DNA of 64,000 nucleotides from Scenedesmus sp. PABB004 (Eukaryota). The notes under the pieces are model-generated. The model did not search any database. It saw only the letters and a list, made by a program, of their open reading frames with translations, and was not told where the DNA came from. The stretch is from positions 1,612,001-1,676,000 of the forward strand of contig JABVCE010000003.1 of the NCBI GenBank assembly GCA_014905635.1. The letters run 5' to 3'. Made by a program: the position numbers and the translations under genes. Positions 52,445-64,000 of this stretch are shown in pieces. Position 1 is the first letter of the stretch. Each line of letters starts with the position of its first letter.

Positions 52445-55400
52445 ATGGGGGACATCGACCCCAACAACGACCCCAGAGTGGTGCGGGACGACACGCCCTT
52501 CCCGGACCCGGCGCTCTACTTCAAGGTCTTCGACTCCGAGCGCGACGAGCCCGAGTCCAAGTACCGGGAGGACGTGTTCAAGCTCTACGAGCGCTGGGAG
52601 AAGAAGTACGGCCGCAAGTGGCCCGAGAACGGCCTCAACACCGAGGACCTGGTCTGGCTGTACAATGAGGCCTACGCCGACGAGGCCGCCGCCGGCCGCG
52701 GCGGCGCGCCGCGCCTGCCCAAGACCTACCCCCGGGAGAAGCAGGACTACGACGGCCAGGTGGGGGCCGCCCGCCGCAGCAATGCGCGCCCCGCGCCGCC
52801 GCGGCGGCCCCGCGACGGCCGCAGCAGCGGCGGCGGCGGCCGGCGCAGCGGCGGCGGCGGCGCGCCGCCGATCGCCGTGCGCGCAGCGCGGGCGGCGGCG
52901 GGGCCGCCGGGGCAGCCGCGGTGCGCGGCGGCGGCGCGACGCAGCAGCGCTGCCGCGCGGCAGCAACGGCAGCAGCACGCAGCAGCAGCGGCAGCAGCGG
53001 CGGCGGGGATGCAGCGCCCGCTGCCCGCGCCCGCCCGCTTCCCCGCGCCCGCGGCGCGCGGCCCCCGCCCGCCCACGCCCTTGCCCGCCCGCCCACGCTC
53101 TCTCGCCCGCCGCCCACGCTCTCCCGCCCGCCCGCCCACGCTCTCTCGCCCGCCCGCCCACACTCCCCCCCCCCTCCCCGCCAGTTCATCACCGACACCG
53201 AGGACGCCGCCGAGGCGGCGCGCGTGTCGCTGCCGGCCGACCCCGCCAAGCGCGCGGCGGCGGTCGCCAAGGCGGCGCGCGACGTCGAGGAGGGCGTGTG
53301 GGTGACCGACGAGTTTGAGAGCGAGGCCTATGAGATGGGCAACATGGAGGCGGTCACGGGGCTGTACCTCTGGGACAAGTGAGCGAGGGGCCAGCAGCGA
53401 GGGACCAGCAGCAGAGCAGCAGCAGGGGCCCCACGGCCAGCAGCAGAGCAGCAGCAGGGGCCCCGCGGCCAGCAGCAGCAGAGCAGGGGCCCCGCGCGGC
53501 GGCGCGGCGCGGCGCGAGCGGGCAGCAGCGCAGGGCGCGGCGGGGCGCCGGCAGGGAGGTGTCGGCGGGCGCCCGAGGGAGGCGGCTGGTCGAGGCGGCG
53601 CAGGCGCCGACGCGCCGCCGCCGCCGCCGCCGCGCGCCCCGCCGCGCCAGGGAGGGCAAGCCGACCATCATGCCCGACGGCCCGCCCAAGGAGGAGCTGG
53701 GCGAGGGCAGCGAGGGCTGGAGCGACTTTTACGGCAGCGTGCGCCCCCGCTACGTCGACAGCGACGACGTGCGTGACGCGCTCTGGGCGACGGACGAGTT
53801 TGAGTCGGACGAGGTGCGGCGCGGGCGAGGGGCGCGCCCTCCTGGGGGGGCGGGGCGTGTGCGCGCGGCGAGGCGGGGGCAGCGGGGGCAGCGGGGGCTG
53901 GCTGGGCGCGGGGGAGAGCAGGCGGCGCGCCGCGCACCGCGCGGCGCGCCGCCCACGCCGGCACGCCGGCCCGCGCGCCCGCCCCCTGCTCCCTGCCCTC
54001 TCCCCAGGACAACACGGAGAGCGAGTGGGAGCCGGAGTACGTGGGCGCTGGGCTGGGGCTCAAGGTGGAGGACCCCATCAACTGGCAGTACAGGTGATGG
54101 GCGGGGGGAGGGGGGCGTGTGTGTGTGTATGTGTGTGTGTGTGTGGGGGGGGGGGCTTTGGGAGAGGGACCTGGGGAAGGGACCTGGGAGAGAGGGGGGG
54201 GGGGGGGGGGGCAGCGAGGGCCGGGGGCGCTGCGGCCGACCGGCGCCGGCGCGCGCCCGCCCGCGCCGCTGCCCGCGCCGCCGCTGACCCGCCGCCGCCC
54301 GCCGCCGCCGCCCGCTGCGCAGCCTGCGCCACACCAACCACCCGCTCGCGCCGTTCCCTGGCGAGGCGCTCAAGTGGAGCAGCTACGTCTACGACGACGG
54401 CACGACGTGAGGGGGGGGGCTGGGGGGGGGGCTTTGAAGGGGCGGGGGGCTTGAAGGGGGCCTTGGGGAGGAGGGAGGGAAGAGGGAGGGAGGGTGGGAG
54501 GGAGGGAGGGAGCGAGGGCGCTGGCGCGCGGCGCTCCGCAGCGCGGAGAGCGGGCGCGCGCGGGCGGTCGGCGGCGCCGCGCGCCTCACGCCCCACACCG
54601 CGCGCCTCTGCGCCCCACGCCGCGCACGCCTGCGCCCCTGCGCCCGCCGCGCAGGTACGAGGGCGTGACGCGCGAGGCGGTGCCGCACGGCATGGGCGTG
54701 ATGGTCTTTGGGCACGGCACGGGCGGCGGGTTCCACTTCCGTGACGTCAAGGTGACGCGCCCGCTGGCTGCATGTGGCGCCGCGGCGCTGTGGGGCTGGC
54801 TGTGCGCTGCTGTGTGGCCGTGAGGCGGATGCACAGCTGTGCACACGCCCCCAACCCACCCACCCACCCACCCACCCACCCACGCCCCTCCCCCCTTCTC
54901 CCCCCAGGTGGGCGACAAGTATGAGGGCGAGTTCCAGGCCGGCTACGCGCACGGCCTCGGCCAGCTCACCAGCACCGCCAGCGGCACGGTGCACATCGGG
55001 GAGTTCTTTGCCGGGCAGAAGCACGGGTGCGCGCGCGGACCGCCACGCGCCACGCGCCGCGCCGCGCCGCGCGCACGGCGCGCCCCGCCTCCCTCTCTCC
55101 CCTCCCTCCCGTCCCTTCCCTCTCTCGCCCAGCCTCCCTCCCACACGCGCGCCTCACCCCCCCCCCCCCCACACACAACACACCACCACCACCTCCACCC
55201 CCCCCCCACACACACGCCACAGGTGCGGCATGGCCATCGACATGGGCCCCTTCTACTACCTCGTCCAGCGCGGAACAGACCCCGTCGCCGCGTACCAGGC
55301 GCGCGCGCGCGGCGCCGGCGCTGGCGCGGCGCGGGCCGGCGCGGGAGCGCGCTGCGCCGCGCGCGCTCGCGGCCGCGCCCGCGGCGCTCGGCCCTGCTGA

Positions 55401-56156
55401 GCCCCACGCCCGTGGTTCAGACCCCCAAAACCCTGAGCCCTGCGGTGCCCCCCGCTAAACCCCGCCGCCCCACCGCCCCACCCCAGGCGACGTACAAGCG
55501 CATCATGCGTGACATCCAGCTGCGCACATGGTACCGCGGCACGCCCCTCGGCGACCAGGGTGCGGCGCCGCGCGGCGCGCGCGGGGCAGGGCGGAGGGGG
55601 CGCGCGCGGAGCGTGGGGGCGCGCGCGGGGCGCGGCAGCGTGCGGCCCGCGGCCGGCGCCGACGCGGCCTGTGGCCGCCGCGGGCGCAGGCGAGGCGGAG
55701 AGCCTGCTCGTGGCGGTGCGCGACGCCGACGGCGGCAGCCCCTTTGACGGCGTCGTGTCGGCGCTGAGCCACGAGACCAAGCTGCGCGCGTGGCGGGACA
55801 AGTCGCCCGAGGAGAAGGCGCTGGCCAAGCTGGCGGAGGTGCTGGAGCAGGTGCGGCAGCAAGCGCGCTGCCCCGCCCCCGCGCCGCCCGCGCGCCGCGC
55901 CTGCGCCCACGCTCACCCACTCGTCGCACCCACTCTCCCTCCCTCCCTCCCTCCCCTCTCTCCCTCTCCTCCTCTCTCTCGCAATAAATCGCCCCGCGCG
56001 CGCGCGCCCGCCGCAGGTCCACTCGGACAAGCACGGCTTTGGGTCGGCCCTCACCGGCTACGGCGCCGCCGCGCGGCTCAACGAGGTCGGCGGCCTCGGC
56101 GTCGCGTCGGCGGGGGCGAGCGAGGACAGCATCGAGCTCATGGTGCGTGGGGGTGT

Positions 56157-56189
<33 letters not shown>

Positions 56190-58449
56190 AGGGGGGGGGG
56201 GCTGTGTGTGGCGGCGTTTCCACCGCCGCCGCGGCGCGCCCCGCGCCGCCGCCGCTGCCGCGCCGGCCTCGGCGGCGCCGCGCGCGCGCGCCGACGCCGC
56301 GCGCCCACACCCCCACACCCCGCGCCCGCGCACCCCGGCGCGCCCCCGCGCGCAGGTCGGCCGCGACGGCGACGGCAAGCTGGGCCCCGGCTGGTTTGAC
56401 GCGACCGACAGCGAGCTCATGCCCATGGAGGAGCGGCTGCGCACGCAGGTCGCGGTCGAGGCCCTGCAGGCACGGCGCCACGCCGGCGGCGCACCGCGCC
56501 GCGCAGCGCCCGCCTGCCCGCGCACGCGCGCCCGCGTGCTGGCGCCCTGCACAGCGTCGCCGGCCCGCCGCGCGCGCGCGCGCGCGCGCCGCCTGACCTT
56601 GCCGCGCGTCCGCCGCGCCCGCTGCTGCCGCGCCCACGCCCACCGCCGCTCCGCAGGACAAGATCGACGAGAGCGAGGACAAGGAGTCCATCCTGGGGCG
56701 GGACGTGCTCAACCCCACGACCGGGCTGGGCCTGGCCGACTACCTGGAGGGCCGCGAGGCGGCGCACAACGAGGCGCTGCTGCGCGTGTACGGCGGCCGC
56801 GACGCGCTGCGCCTCGACGAGGCCAGCACCTTCCTGGACAGCGAGGTGACGCCGCGGGGCGGGGGCGGTTTTGTACAGGGGTGGCGGCGGGGCGGTTGAG
56901 GGGCGGCGGGGTTTAGGGGTGAAGGTGGCAGCGGGGCGCCTGCCGCGCGGCGGCGCGGCGCGGCGTGGTGGGGGCGGCGGGCGGGGCACGCGCCGCGCCG
57001 ATCCGCGCCGCGCCGATCCGGTCCGCGCCTCACGCGCGCCGGGCCGCGCCTCGCGCCCCGCAGGACCTGCGCCGCATGAACGCGCCCAAGCTCGGCCGCG
57101 TGACGGAGGACCTGCTGCTCTCCAGCATGGCCGCGCACGACGCGGTGTGGGCGGACGACGACCCGTACCTGCCCGCCAGCCGCGCGCGCGCGGCCAACTG
57201 GGCGGACGAGGACACCGACACGCGCTTCGAGACCGAGTCGGACATGATGGAGCTGTGCGACCTCGCTGAGATACTGTGAGCCTGCGGGGCCTGGGGTCTC
57301 GACCGGCCGTGGGGACGGGCAGGGAGCGAGGGGCGGGCTGGGAGGGGCTGGGACAAAGGAGGGGATGGAAGGGCGCGGCGCGGCCGCCGGCGCGGCCGCC
57401 GACCCCCCTCCCGCGCCGCCGCCGCCGCCGCCGCCGCCGCGCAGCGGGACGATCGACGAGGTTGAGGAGGTGGTGGCCAAGGCGCGCATGTGGCGGTGGA
57501 AGCCCTACGGCGAGGTCACGCTGCGCTTTGCGCAGGACGCAAACGTGCGGGGGCTGCTTGCTGCGCGCCGCCGCCGCCGCCGCGCCCGCGCCGCCGCGCC
57601 CGCGCCGCCGCGCCCGCGCCGCCGCGCCCGCGCCGCCGCGCCCGCGCCGCCGCGCCCGCGCCGCCGCGCCCGCGCCGCCGCGCCCGCGCCGCCGCGCCCG
57701 CGCCGCCGGCCGCGCCTGCGCCGCCGCCCCTGTCCCTGTCCCTGTCCCTGACCCTGACTTGCCCTTGACCGCCCCCGTGCTCTGTGGCCCGCCCCCGCCC
57801 GCCGCTCACGCAGGGCGCGCCGGTGGAGGTGATGCAGGACCCGCTGCACTACCCGCACGGCACCAAGTGGATGGCGCCCGGGCCGCTCGGGCAGGTGCAC
57901 CCGCTGCCGGACGAGCCGGCGCTGCGCGCGGAGATGCTGCGCGTCGCGCACAACCACGCGGCCGTGTACGAGCGCTACAACTTTGACTGGGACCCCGAGC
58001 CCGGCACCGCGCAGGCGGCCATCCACGCGCGCATCCGGCGCGGCGCGGAGCTGCAGGGCCGCCGCCTGCTGCGCATGGCGGGCGGGCTTGACGCGGCCGA
58101 GGCCGCCGCGGCGGCCGAGGAGGGCGGCGGCGCCGGCGCGCAGCCGGGCGCGCTGCTCGCCGACGCGGGCGCCAGCAGCAGCGGGCGCGGCGGCGGCGGC
58201 GGCGGGCTGCCGCTGGCGAGCGTCACGGGCGGCATGCGCCTCGGCGGCGCGCCGCTCGCGGGCCTGAGCCTCGGCGTCGGCGCGGCGAGCCGGGCCGTGA
58301 TGGGCGTGCTGGGGCGCGCGGCGCGGCGCGCGCCCACGCTCGCGGTCGGCAGCGGCCGCGCGCGGCTCAGCCGGCCCAGCAGCAGGCGCGGCGGCGGCGG
58401 CAGGCGGCAGCAGCAGCAGCAGCAGCACCAGCAGCAGGCCGCGTCGTGA
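52445..58449 (+). CDS. Acidic MORN-repeat protein, probable chloroplast import component TIC100; many exons
   Basis: MORN repeats (WSSYVYDDGT|TYEGVTREAVPHGMGVM, GDKYEGEFQAGYAHGLG, VHIGEFFAGQKHG|CG). Highly acidic, with no Arg/Ala-rich transit peptide. The TIC100 call is from recalled architecture, not from an alignment. Confidence 0.6.
57580..57707. repeat. Intronic 14-bp tandem repeat (ccgcgcccgcgccg)n, ~9 copies
   Basis: Seen directly. Translates as a repeating 14-aa (3-unit) peptide in the ORF track. Confidence 0.8.
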
Positions 58450-59338
58450 GGCCGGCTGGCTGCCCTGCTGGCGGCGCAGCAGTGTGTGGGGTGGGATGCG
58501 CGCGGGGCGGCGGCGGCGCCTCGACTCTTCATGCTCGTAATCGGACCGGACCGCGGCTGCGAGCCTTGTGAGTTACGCTCGCTCGCTCGACACCACACAC
58601 CGCCGGCCGCGACAGCTCGGCCCTCTCGCACCAGTACGCCTCGCGGCTCGCACCCGCGCCATCACGCCGCCAACAGTGTCGGCTGCCCTCGCCGCCAAAG
58701 ACTCTGCGGCACTCCTCGCCTCGCCTCGCGCCCCTCCTGCCGCCCGGGTGCCCTCCCTCCCTCCCTCCCTTCAGCCCCCTCGGCGGCGGCGCACGCGGGC
58801 GGCCGCAATGCGCGGCGGCCGCGCGCGCCCCTCCCTGGTCGCGAGCGCGCGCGCCGGGGCTGCCACCAATGGCGTGGCGCCCCGCCGCGGCGCGCCTGCC
58901 CCCTGCCTGCCCCCAGCAATGCGTGCGTGGTGCGCGCGCAGGGTTTATTGGAGGGTGTGCGCCGCGCCGCGCTTGCAGCGGGCGGCGCACTGCTCCCAAT
59001 GAATGCCCGCAGACAATGCCGCCGCCGCCTGGCCACGCCGCGACTCGATCGCTGCGGCCACGCCGACGATGCTCCTCCTGGTGCTCTTGTGCAGAGCGAG
59101 GCAGGCGGGCGCGCGCGCCGGCGCGTGCCGGCGCCGAGGCGGAGGACGAGGCCCCGCCCGCGCCGCGCACGAACCGGCGGCAGCACACACATCGATCCCC
59201 CCCTTCTGCCCCCGGCCAGCCGGAGCGCCCCCGCTCGCCCCGACACGAGCTCAGTGCACTGCACACGCACATGGCGAGGCAAAGGAACGCCACCTCGGAC
59301 ACATCCGCCGCTGCTGGTGCGTGTGCGTTCCCTGGACA

Positions 59339-59362
59339 AGACCAGACCAGACCAGACCAGAC
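59339..59362. repeat. (ACCAG)n microsatellite
   Basis: agaccagaccagaccagaccagac seen directly. Confidence 0.75.
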
Positions 59363-59786
59363 ACCGACGCCTGGGGCGCTGCAGAGCGTACAAAGGGTAC
59401 ACAGGCCGCTGCTGCGAGGCCGGCCGGCGCGGCCGCACAGTGCCTGAGCAAGTGAACGCAAAGTGATGCAGGCAGCGGGGGCGGCGCTGGTCCGCCGCCC
59501 CCGCCCCGCCTGCCCTGCCCTGTCCTGACCTGCCCCCCGCGCTGAGCCGCTGCCAACGCAACACACCGCCTGCTGTGCTGCTGGTGTGCGTGATCTTTGA
59601 TTGGGCTGGCGCGCACGCGCCGCCGCATGGGGCGGCGCGCCGCTGCAGCCAGGGCCGCGGGCGGCCCAAGTGATACCGATCCGTCCAGAGCGCCGTGCCC
59701 CCCTCAATGCGCTCGTGACACAGGCAGCTGCTGTGTGTGCGGCGCGCAGGGCTGCGCGCCCTGCACGCCCCCGTCGGCCGGGCGCC

Positions 59787-60465
59787 TCACGTGGCGCCAT
59801 CGAGGCTGGCCAGGCTGCTGAGGGCCGCCTGGACCGTCTCGCGCCCGGCGCGAAGCGCGCGCACGTACGCGCGGCGCCGCTGCCGGCGGAGCGCGGCGGA
59901 CGCCTGCAGCACCTCGGCGGTGTACAGCTCCGCCAGCGCGACGCGCTCGGCCTGCGCCTCCGCGACCGCGACGTCGGGCGGCGCGCCGCGGCGCAGCGCG
60001 CGCGCCGCGTGCTCCACCAGGCCCGCCGGGCGGCGGCTGGGCTGGTCGCTGGGGCTCTCGCTCGGCGTCGCAAGGCAGACGGCCTCGTCGACCAGCAGAT
60101 CGCGCTGGCGGGCGCCGCGCGCGTCGGCCGCCGCGAGCGCCGGCGCCGCGGGCGCGAGCTCGCGGAGATCGCCGCCAAAGCGCTCCATGCAGGACCCCGC
60201 CTGCACGGCGGTGACGTGGAAGAGGCCTGCGGGCGGGCGGGTGGGCGGGTGGGTGGGTGGGTGGGCGCGGCGGCGGCGCGGCGGCGGGCCGCGGCGGCGG
60301 GGCCGGTGCGCGCGGGCGAGGCTCACCCTCGATCACGACCTGCTCCTCCAGCTGGCGCTCAATCAGGGGCAGGTCGGGGAGGTGCACCGGCAGCGCCCGG
60401 AGCGCGGCGGGCCGGCCGCGCGCAGCGCGGGCCAGCCGCGGACCAGCCCCGCGGGCGGCGAGCAT
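59787..60465 (-). CDS. Hypothetical protein, 2 exons, possible plastid transit peptide
   Basis: MLAARGAGPRLARAARGRPAALRA... then LIERQLEEQVVIE|GLFHVTAVQAG joined by a GT-AG intron (~60227-60326). Confidence 0.55.
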
Positions 60466-61138
60466 GCCCTGCGTGCGGCGGGAAGGATTTTGAGGCGCAC
60501 TGACGAAGCTGCGGGCCGCGCGAAGCTGGCAAGGAGCTGCGCGGCGTGATGGCATCCGCGCGCTGTCGCCGCCCGCGCGGCGGAGGCTGCAGCGCGCCGC
60601 GCGCCGCCAGCCCCGCAGCTCCAGCCGCTCACCCGCATGCTGCTGATGCCAGAAGGAAGGCGCTGTGCCCTGGTTTGGGCCGCTGCCCGCGCTGACCCGT
60701 GGGCCGCGGCTGCGCGCGCTATGCGCCGTGGTCTTTTACGCCTCCTGCTGCAGCTCCTGCGCGTGCTTGCTCGACAGACGCGCCCGTTGCGGCGGCCCGG
60801 TGAGCGTTTTTTGGCGCGAGTCGGTGGAACGCGCGTGCTGGAGCGTCTGCGGCGGGAGCCTTGCTAAGTTGTAGTCGTGGAGGAGTGATTGCTGTGCTCC
60901 GCGAGCGCGCGGGGTCGACGTCGAGAGAAGCTTCGCTTCTCCGCCCGACTCGCGAGCTAGGCATTTGTGTCCTGTCACACCGGCGCAGCTCCTCCGCAGC
61001 CGCGTTTGGGTCCGCCGCGATGAAAAAAACGCCAACGACGGCACGCCGGGGCCAGCCGGCGCCCGCCTGCGGCCGATGCCGCCGCGCGCCGCGCCGCCCG
61101 CCGCGCCGCCGGCCGCGCGCCCAGCTAGCGCGCCGCCG

Positions 61139-64000
61139 CTAGCAGCCGCGGGTAACGTTGACCGCGATCACGGTGGCCACGCTCAGCGGCAGCTGCGCGC
61201 CGCCGGCGCCCCCGACGACGGGGCTCGCGCGCGCGAGGTTGACCGCCGCGAGCGCCCGCCCGCACTGCTCCCGCGTGAACGGGCCAGCGTGGCCACGAAG
61301 CTCACGCTCTGGCTGCCGCACACCAGCGCGCCCGCGCCCGCGCCGGCGGGCCGGCTGCTGCGCGCGGGCGCCACGAGCCCCGGGCCGGCCAGGAAGTGGT
61401 CGCCCACGACCGCGCAGCGCCCAGCGCTCTCGTGCGCAGCCGGCGGCGCCGAAAAGTCAAAGCCCGCCGCCGGGCTCGCGAGCTCGCTCCCGTCGGCGAG
61501 CTGCAGCCGCGCCACGAGCGCCGCGGCGCCGGCGAGCGACGGCGGCACGGGCCCGGCAAAGCCGCACGCGGCGCTGCCGTTGGGCGCGAGCAGCACGGGC
61601 CCGCCCACGCCGCCGGGGCCGGGCAGCCCGGGGCAGGCGGCCGCCCAGGTCGCGAGCGGCGCGCCCGCGAGGCCCGCGAGGCCCGCGCCGCCGGCCGGCA
61701 GCGCGTCGACGAGCACGCCCGCCAGCGCCAGCGGCGCCCCGCCCAGCGCGCGCACGGTCACGACGCCCGCGAGCTGCAGCTCCGGCGCAAGCGGCTGCGC
61801 GTCGTAGCGCAGCCCGACGGCGACGTCCGCGGTCGACCCCACCGCGCCGACGACGGCGCCGCCCGCCGCCGCCGAGGCCTGGCCGCTCACGTTCCAGGCG
61901 ACGCGCGTGAGCGACCGCAGCTCCAGGCCGCCCAGCCGCACCTGCGCCGCCGCGCCGGGGCAGCCGCCGACCTCGATGCCCACCGACGCGGCCGCGGCGC
62001 CGAGCGGCGCCGCGCCGGTCACGGGGCTGGCCAGCGCCGTGTGCTCGACCTGCGCGCGCCGCGGCGGGCCGCGGCGCGCGTCAGCGGGCGGCGCGCTGCG
62101 GCGGCACTGCCCCCCCCCCCACACACACCCCACCACCCACACACCACACACCCACGCACCGTGTAGGTGCCGCACGCGCGGTCGCCGGGCGGGTCGTACG
62201 TGGCCGCGTAGCTGAGCGTGATGCTGTCGCACACAACGTCGCCCGCCCGCCCGCCGCCGCCCTCGCCCGGCAGCAGGTCCGCGGCGCCGCCGCCCCCCGC
62301 GGGGCGACGGCGCAGCGGCAGGCGCGCGCCGCCGGGGCCGCGCAGCGCGAAGCTCGCGGACAGCGCGGCGCACGCGCCGCCGGGCCCGCCCGGGCCGTCG
62401 CGCGGCACGCCGCTCAGCGGCAGCGGCGGCGACGCCGCCTCGCGCCCCGCAGCCGTGACCGCGTACGCGGTGAGGACCGCGCCGGCGCCCGGCGCGAGCA
62501 GCCCGCCGAGCGGCCCCGCCGCCTCCACCTCGAGCGCCCAGCTGCACGCGAGCGCGCCGCCGCCGACCAGCTGCCCCGGCACCAGGACGACGCCGGCGCC
62601 GTCGCGGGGGCACTGCGCCCACGCGCGCGCGCGCGGGGCCGCCGCCGCCCGGCGCAGCGAGCTCCACCTGGACCTGCGCCAGGGCCAGGCCGTCCAGCAG
62701 GTTGGGGTTGCGCAGCGTCACGTTGCCACGCAGCGCCAGCCCCGGCGGCGCCGGCGCGCGGCGATAGCTGACCAGCACGTCCGCGCGCAGCGGCGCGGCG
62801 TAGCTCTGCGCCGCCGGCGCGCCCGTCGCGACGGGGGCGGCCGTGACGGACCACGCGTGGCTGGTCGCGTTGCGCGACGCGAGTACCTGCAGCGCCAGCA
62901 CCGGCAGCGCGAGCCCCGCGCCGCCGGCGCCGGCGTTGCTGAGCGCGGCCGCGTCGCGCGCGACCGCCGCGCCGCTGAGCGGCTGGCCCGCGGCCAGCCC
63001 GCCCGCCAGCGGGCAGCCCGTCACCTCCACCGGCACGCGCGCCGCCGCGCTGGCGGGCGGCAGCGCGGAGCCGTTCAGGGGGTGCAGCCGCACCACGTTG
63101 ACCACCTGAAACTCGCCGCACTGCGCGAGGGGCCCCAGCGTCACGTTGTACGCGTACGCCGCGCTGCCGCACACCAGCGCGCCGCCGCGCGCGCCGGGCA
63201 CGCTCGCGCTGGCCGCCGGCGGCGCCTTGCCGGGCGCCTCGGCCGGCGCGAGCGCGGTCGGGCTGTCGTCGGGCGTGAGGAAGGTGTCGCTCACCAGCGC
63301 GCAGCGCCCGAGCGCCGGCGGCGGCCCGCCGGCGGGCGCCGGCGGGCGGCTGAACGCGAGCCCCTCGCTCAGCAGCTCGCCGCCCGCCGCGGTGACGGCG
63401 CGGCCAAACAGCACGCCCTCGTCCGGCGCAAGGCCCGGGTAGGTGAGGGAGAAGGCGCAGGCGACCTTGCCGCGCGGCGGCACGCTCACCGCGCCGCCGG
63501 CGGGCCCCGCGCCCGCCGGCGCCGCGCAGGCCGCGGGCGCGTGCGCCCACGCCGCCAGCCCCGCGGCGGGCACCTCGGCCACCACCTCGGCCAGCTTGAG
63601 CGGCGCGTCGCTCGGGTTGCTGACGACCAGCCAGCCACGCAGCAGCGTGCGCGGGAGCAGCGGCGACCGCGTCACGCGCACGGCGTACCGCAGCGCCGCG
63701 CCGCCGCCGGGGCCCAGCCGCAGCGCGGGAGGGTCCACGGCCACGGCCGCGGACCAGGCGTAGCTCGGCACGCCGCCGTCCGCGCGCACGTTGACCAGCG
63801 CCAGGCTGGGCGCGTCGGGGCCGGCCGGCCGCGGCGGCGCGGAGCTGTAGTACGTGGCGCCGTAGCCCGGCTGCGGGGCCGCCGACCCCCCGGCCGCCGC
63901 CGCTGCCGCCTGCAGCAGCCGGCGCCGCCGCAGCGCCCAGCGCTCCTCGCGGTCGGCCGCGTTGACCAGCGGCGGCAGCGCGTCACCCCAGCGGAGCTCC
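61139..64000 (-). CDS. 5'-truncated gene for a probably secreted protein with at least 3 tandem Cys-containing beta-rich modules
   Basis: Three related units (W-x-V/A...G-x-V/L-x-V/L-x-NP...L-x-LA-x-V...C-x-F/W...G-x-CA...VC-G/D-S...CG), one intron ~62051-62159, two apparent indels. Confidence 0.65.

Noticed and set aside
39716..56920. Telomere-like words (CCCTAAACC at 39718, CTAAACCC at 48566, 48593 and 55455, GGGTTTAGGG at ~56909)
   Set aside because: Single degenerate units. Several lie just upstream of 3' splice sites and may be branch-point-like. There is no tandem array, and a telo-box role at RPL17 cannot be supported.
61281..62640. Apparent frameshifts in the repeat-module gene (~61284; ~62625-62635) as programmed frameshifting or pseudogenisation
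   Set aside because: Each is fixed by a 1-2 nt change in a G-run or (CG)n run, restoring TLGPFTREQCG and AWAQCPRDG. This is typical of long-read consensus error and needs reads to settle.

Overview
Eukaryotic, extremely GC-rich, intron-rich nuclear DNA from a chlorophyte green alga (Sphaeropleales-like; inferred from histone gene organisation, TGTAA poly(A) signals and gene content). Most entries in the six-frame ORF track are GC-driven artefacts. The first ~36 kb is a loose replication-dependent histone cluster: three near-identical divergent H4/H3 pairs and one H2A/H2B pair, all intronless and each ending in a GGTGTT-TTTC-AACACC stem-loop. Interleaved with them are two copies of a MYND-finger gene and genes for a VTT/SNARE-associated membrane protein, an ABCI ATPase, an SMN-like protein, an F-box/LRR protein, a SirB1-like protein, RsmI and MED15. 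The rest holds LTA4H, RPL17, a membrane protein, a large Raf-like kinase, a MORN/TIC100-like gene, a small hypothetical gene and a 5'-truncated gene with a tandem Cys-containing module. Most notable observations: (1) an invariant GGAAAG 10-13 nt downstream of all 8 histone stem-loops, a candidate HDE pointing to a U7-like 3'-processing system; (2) a ~330-500 bp dispersed repeat found four times, always in sense orientation just upstream of an unrelated gene; (3) histone cassette rearrangements with a junction at the stem-loop and capture of neighbouring gene 3' ends; (4) an unusually high frequency of GC-AG introns. Exon boundaries were read by eye and are approximate where stated.
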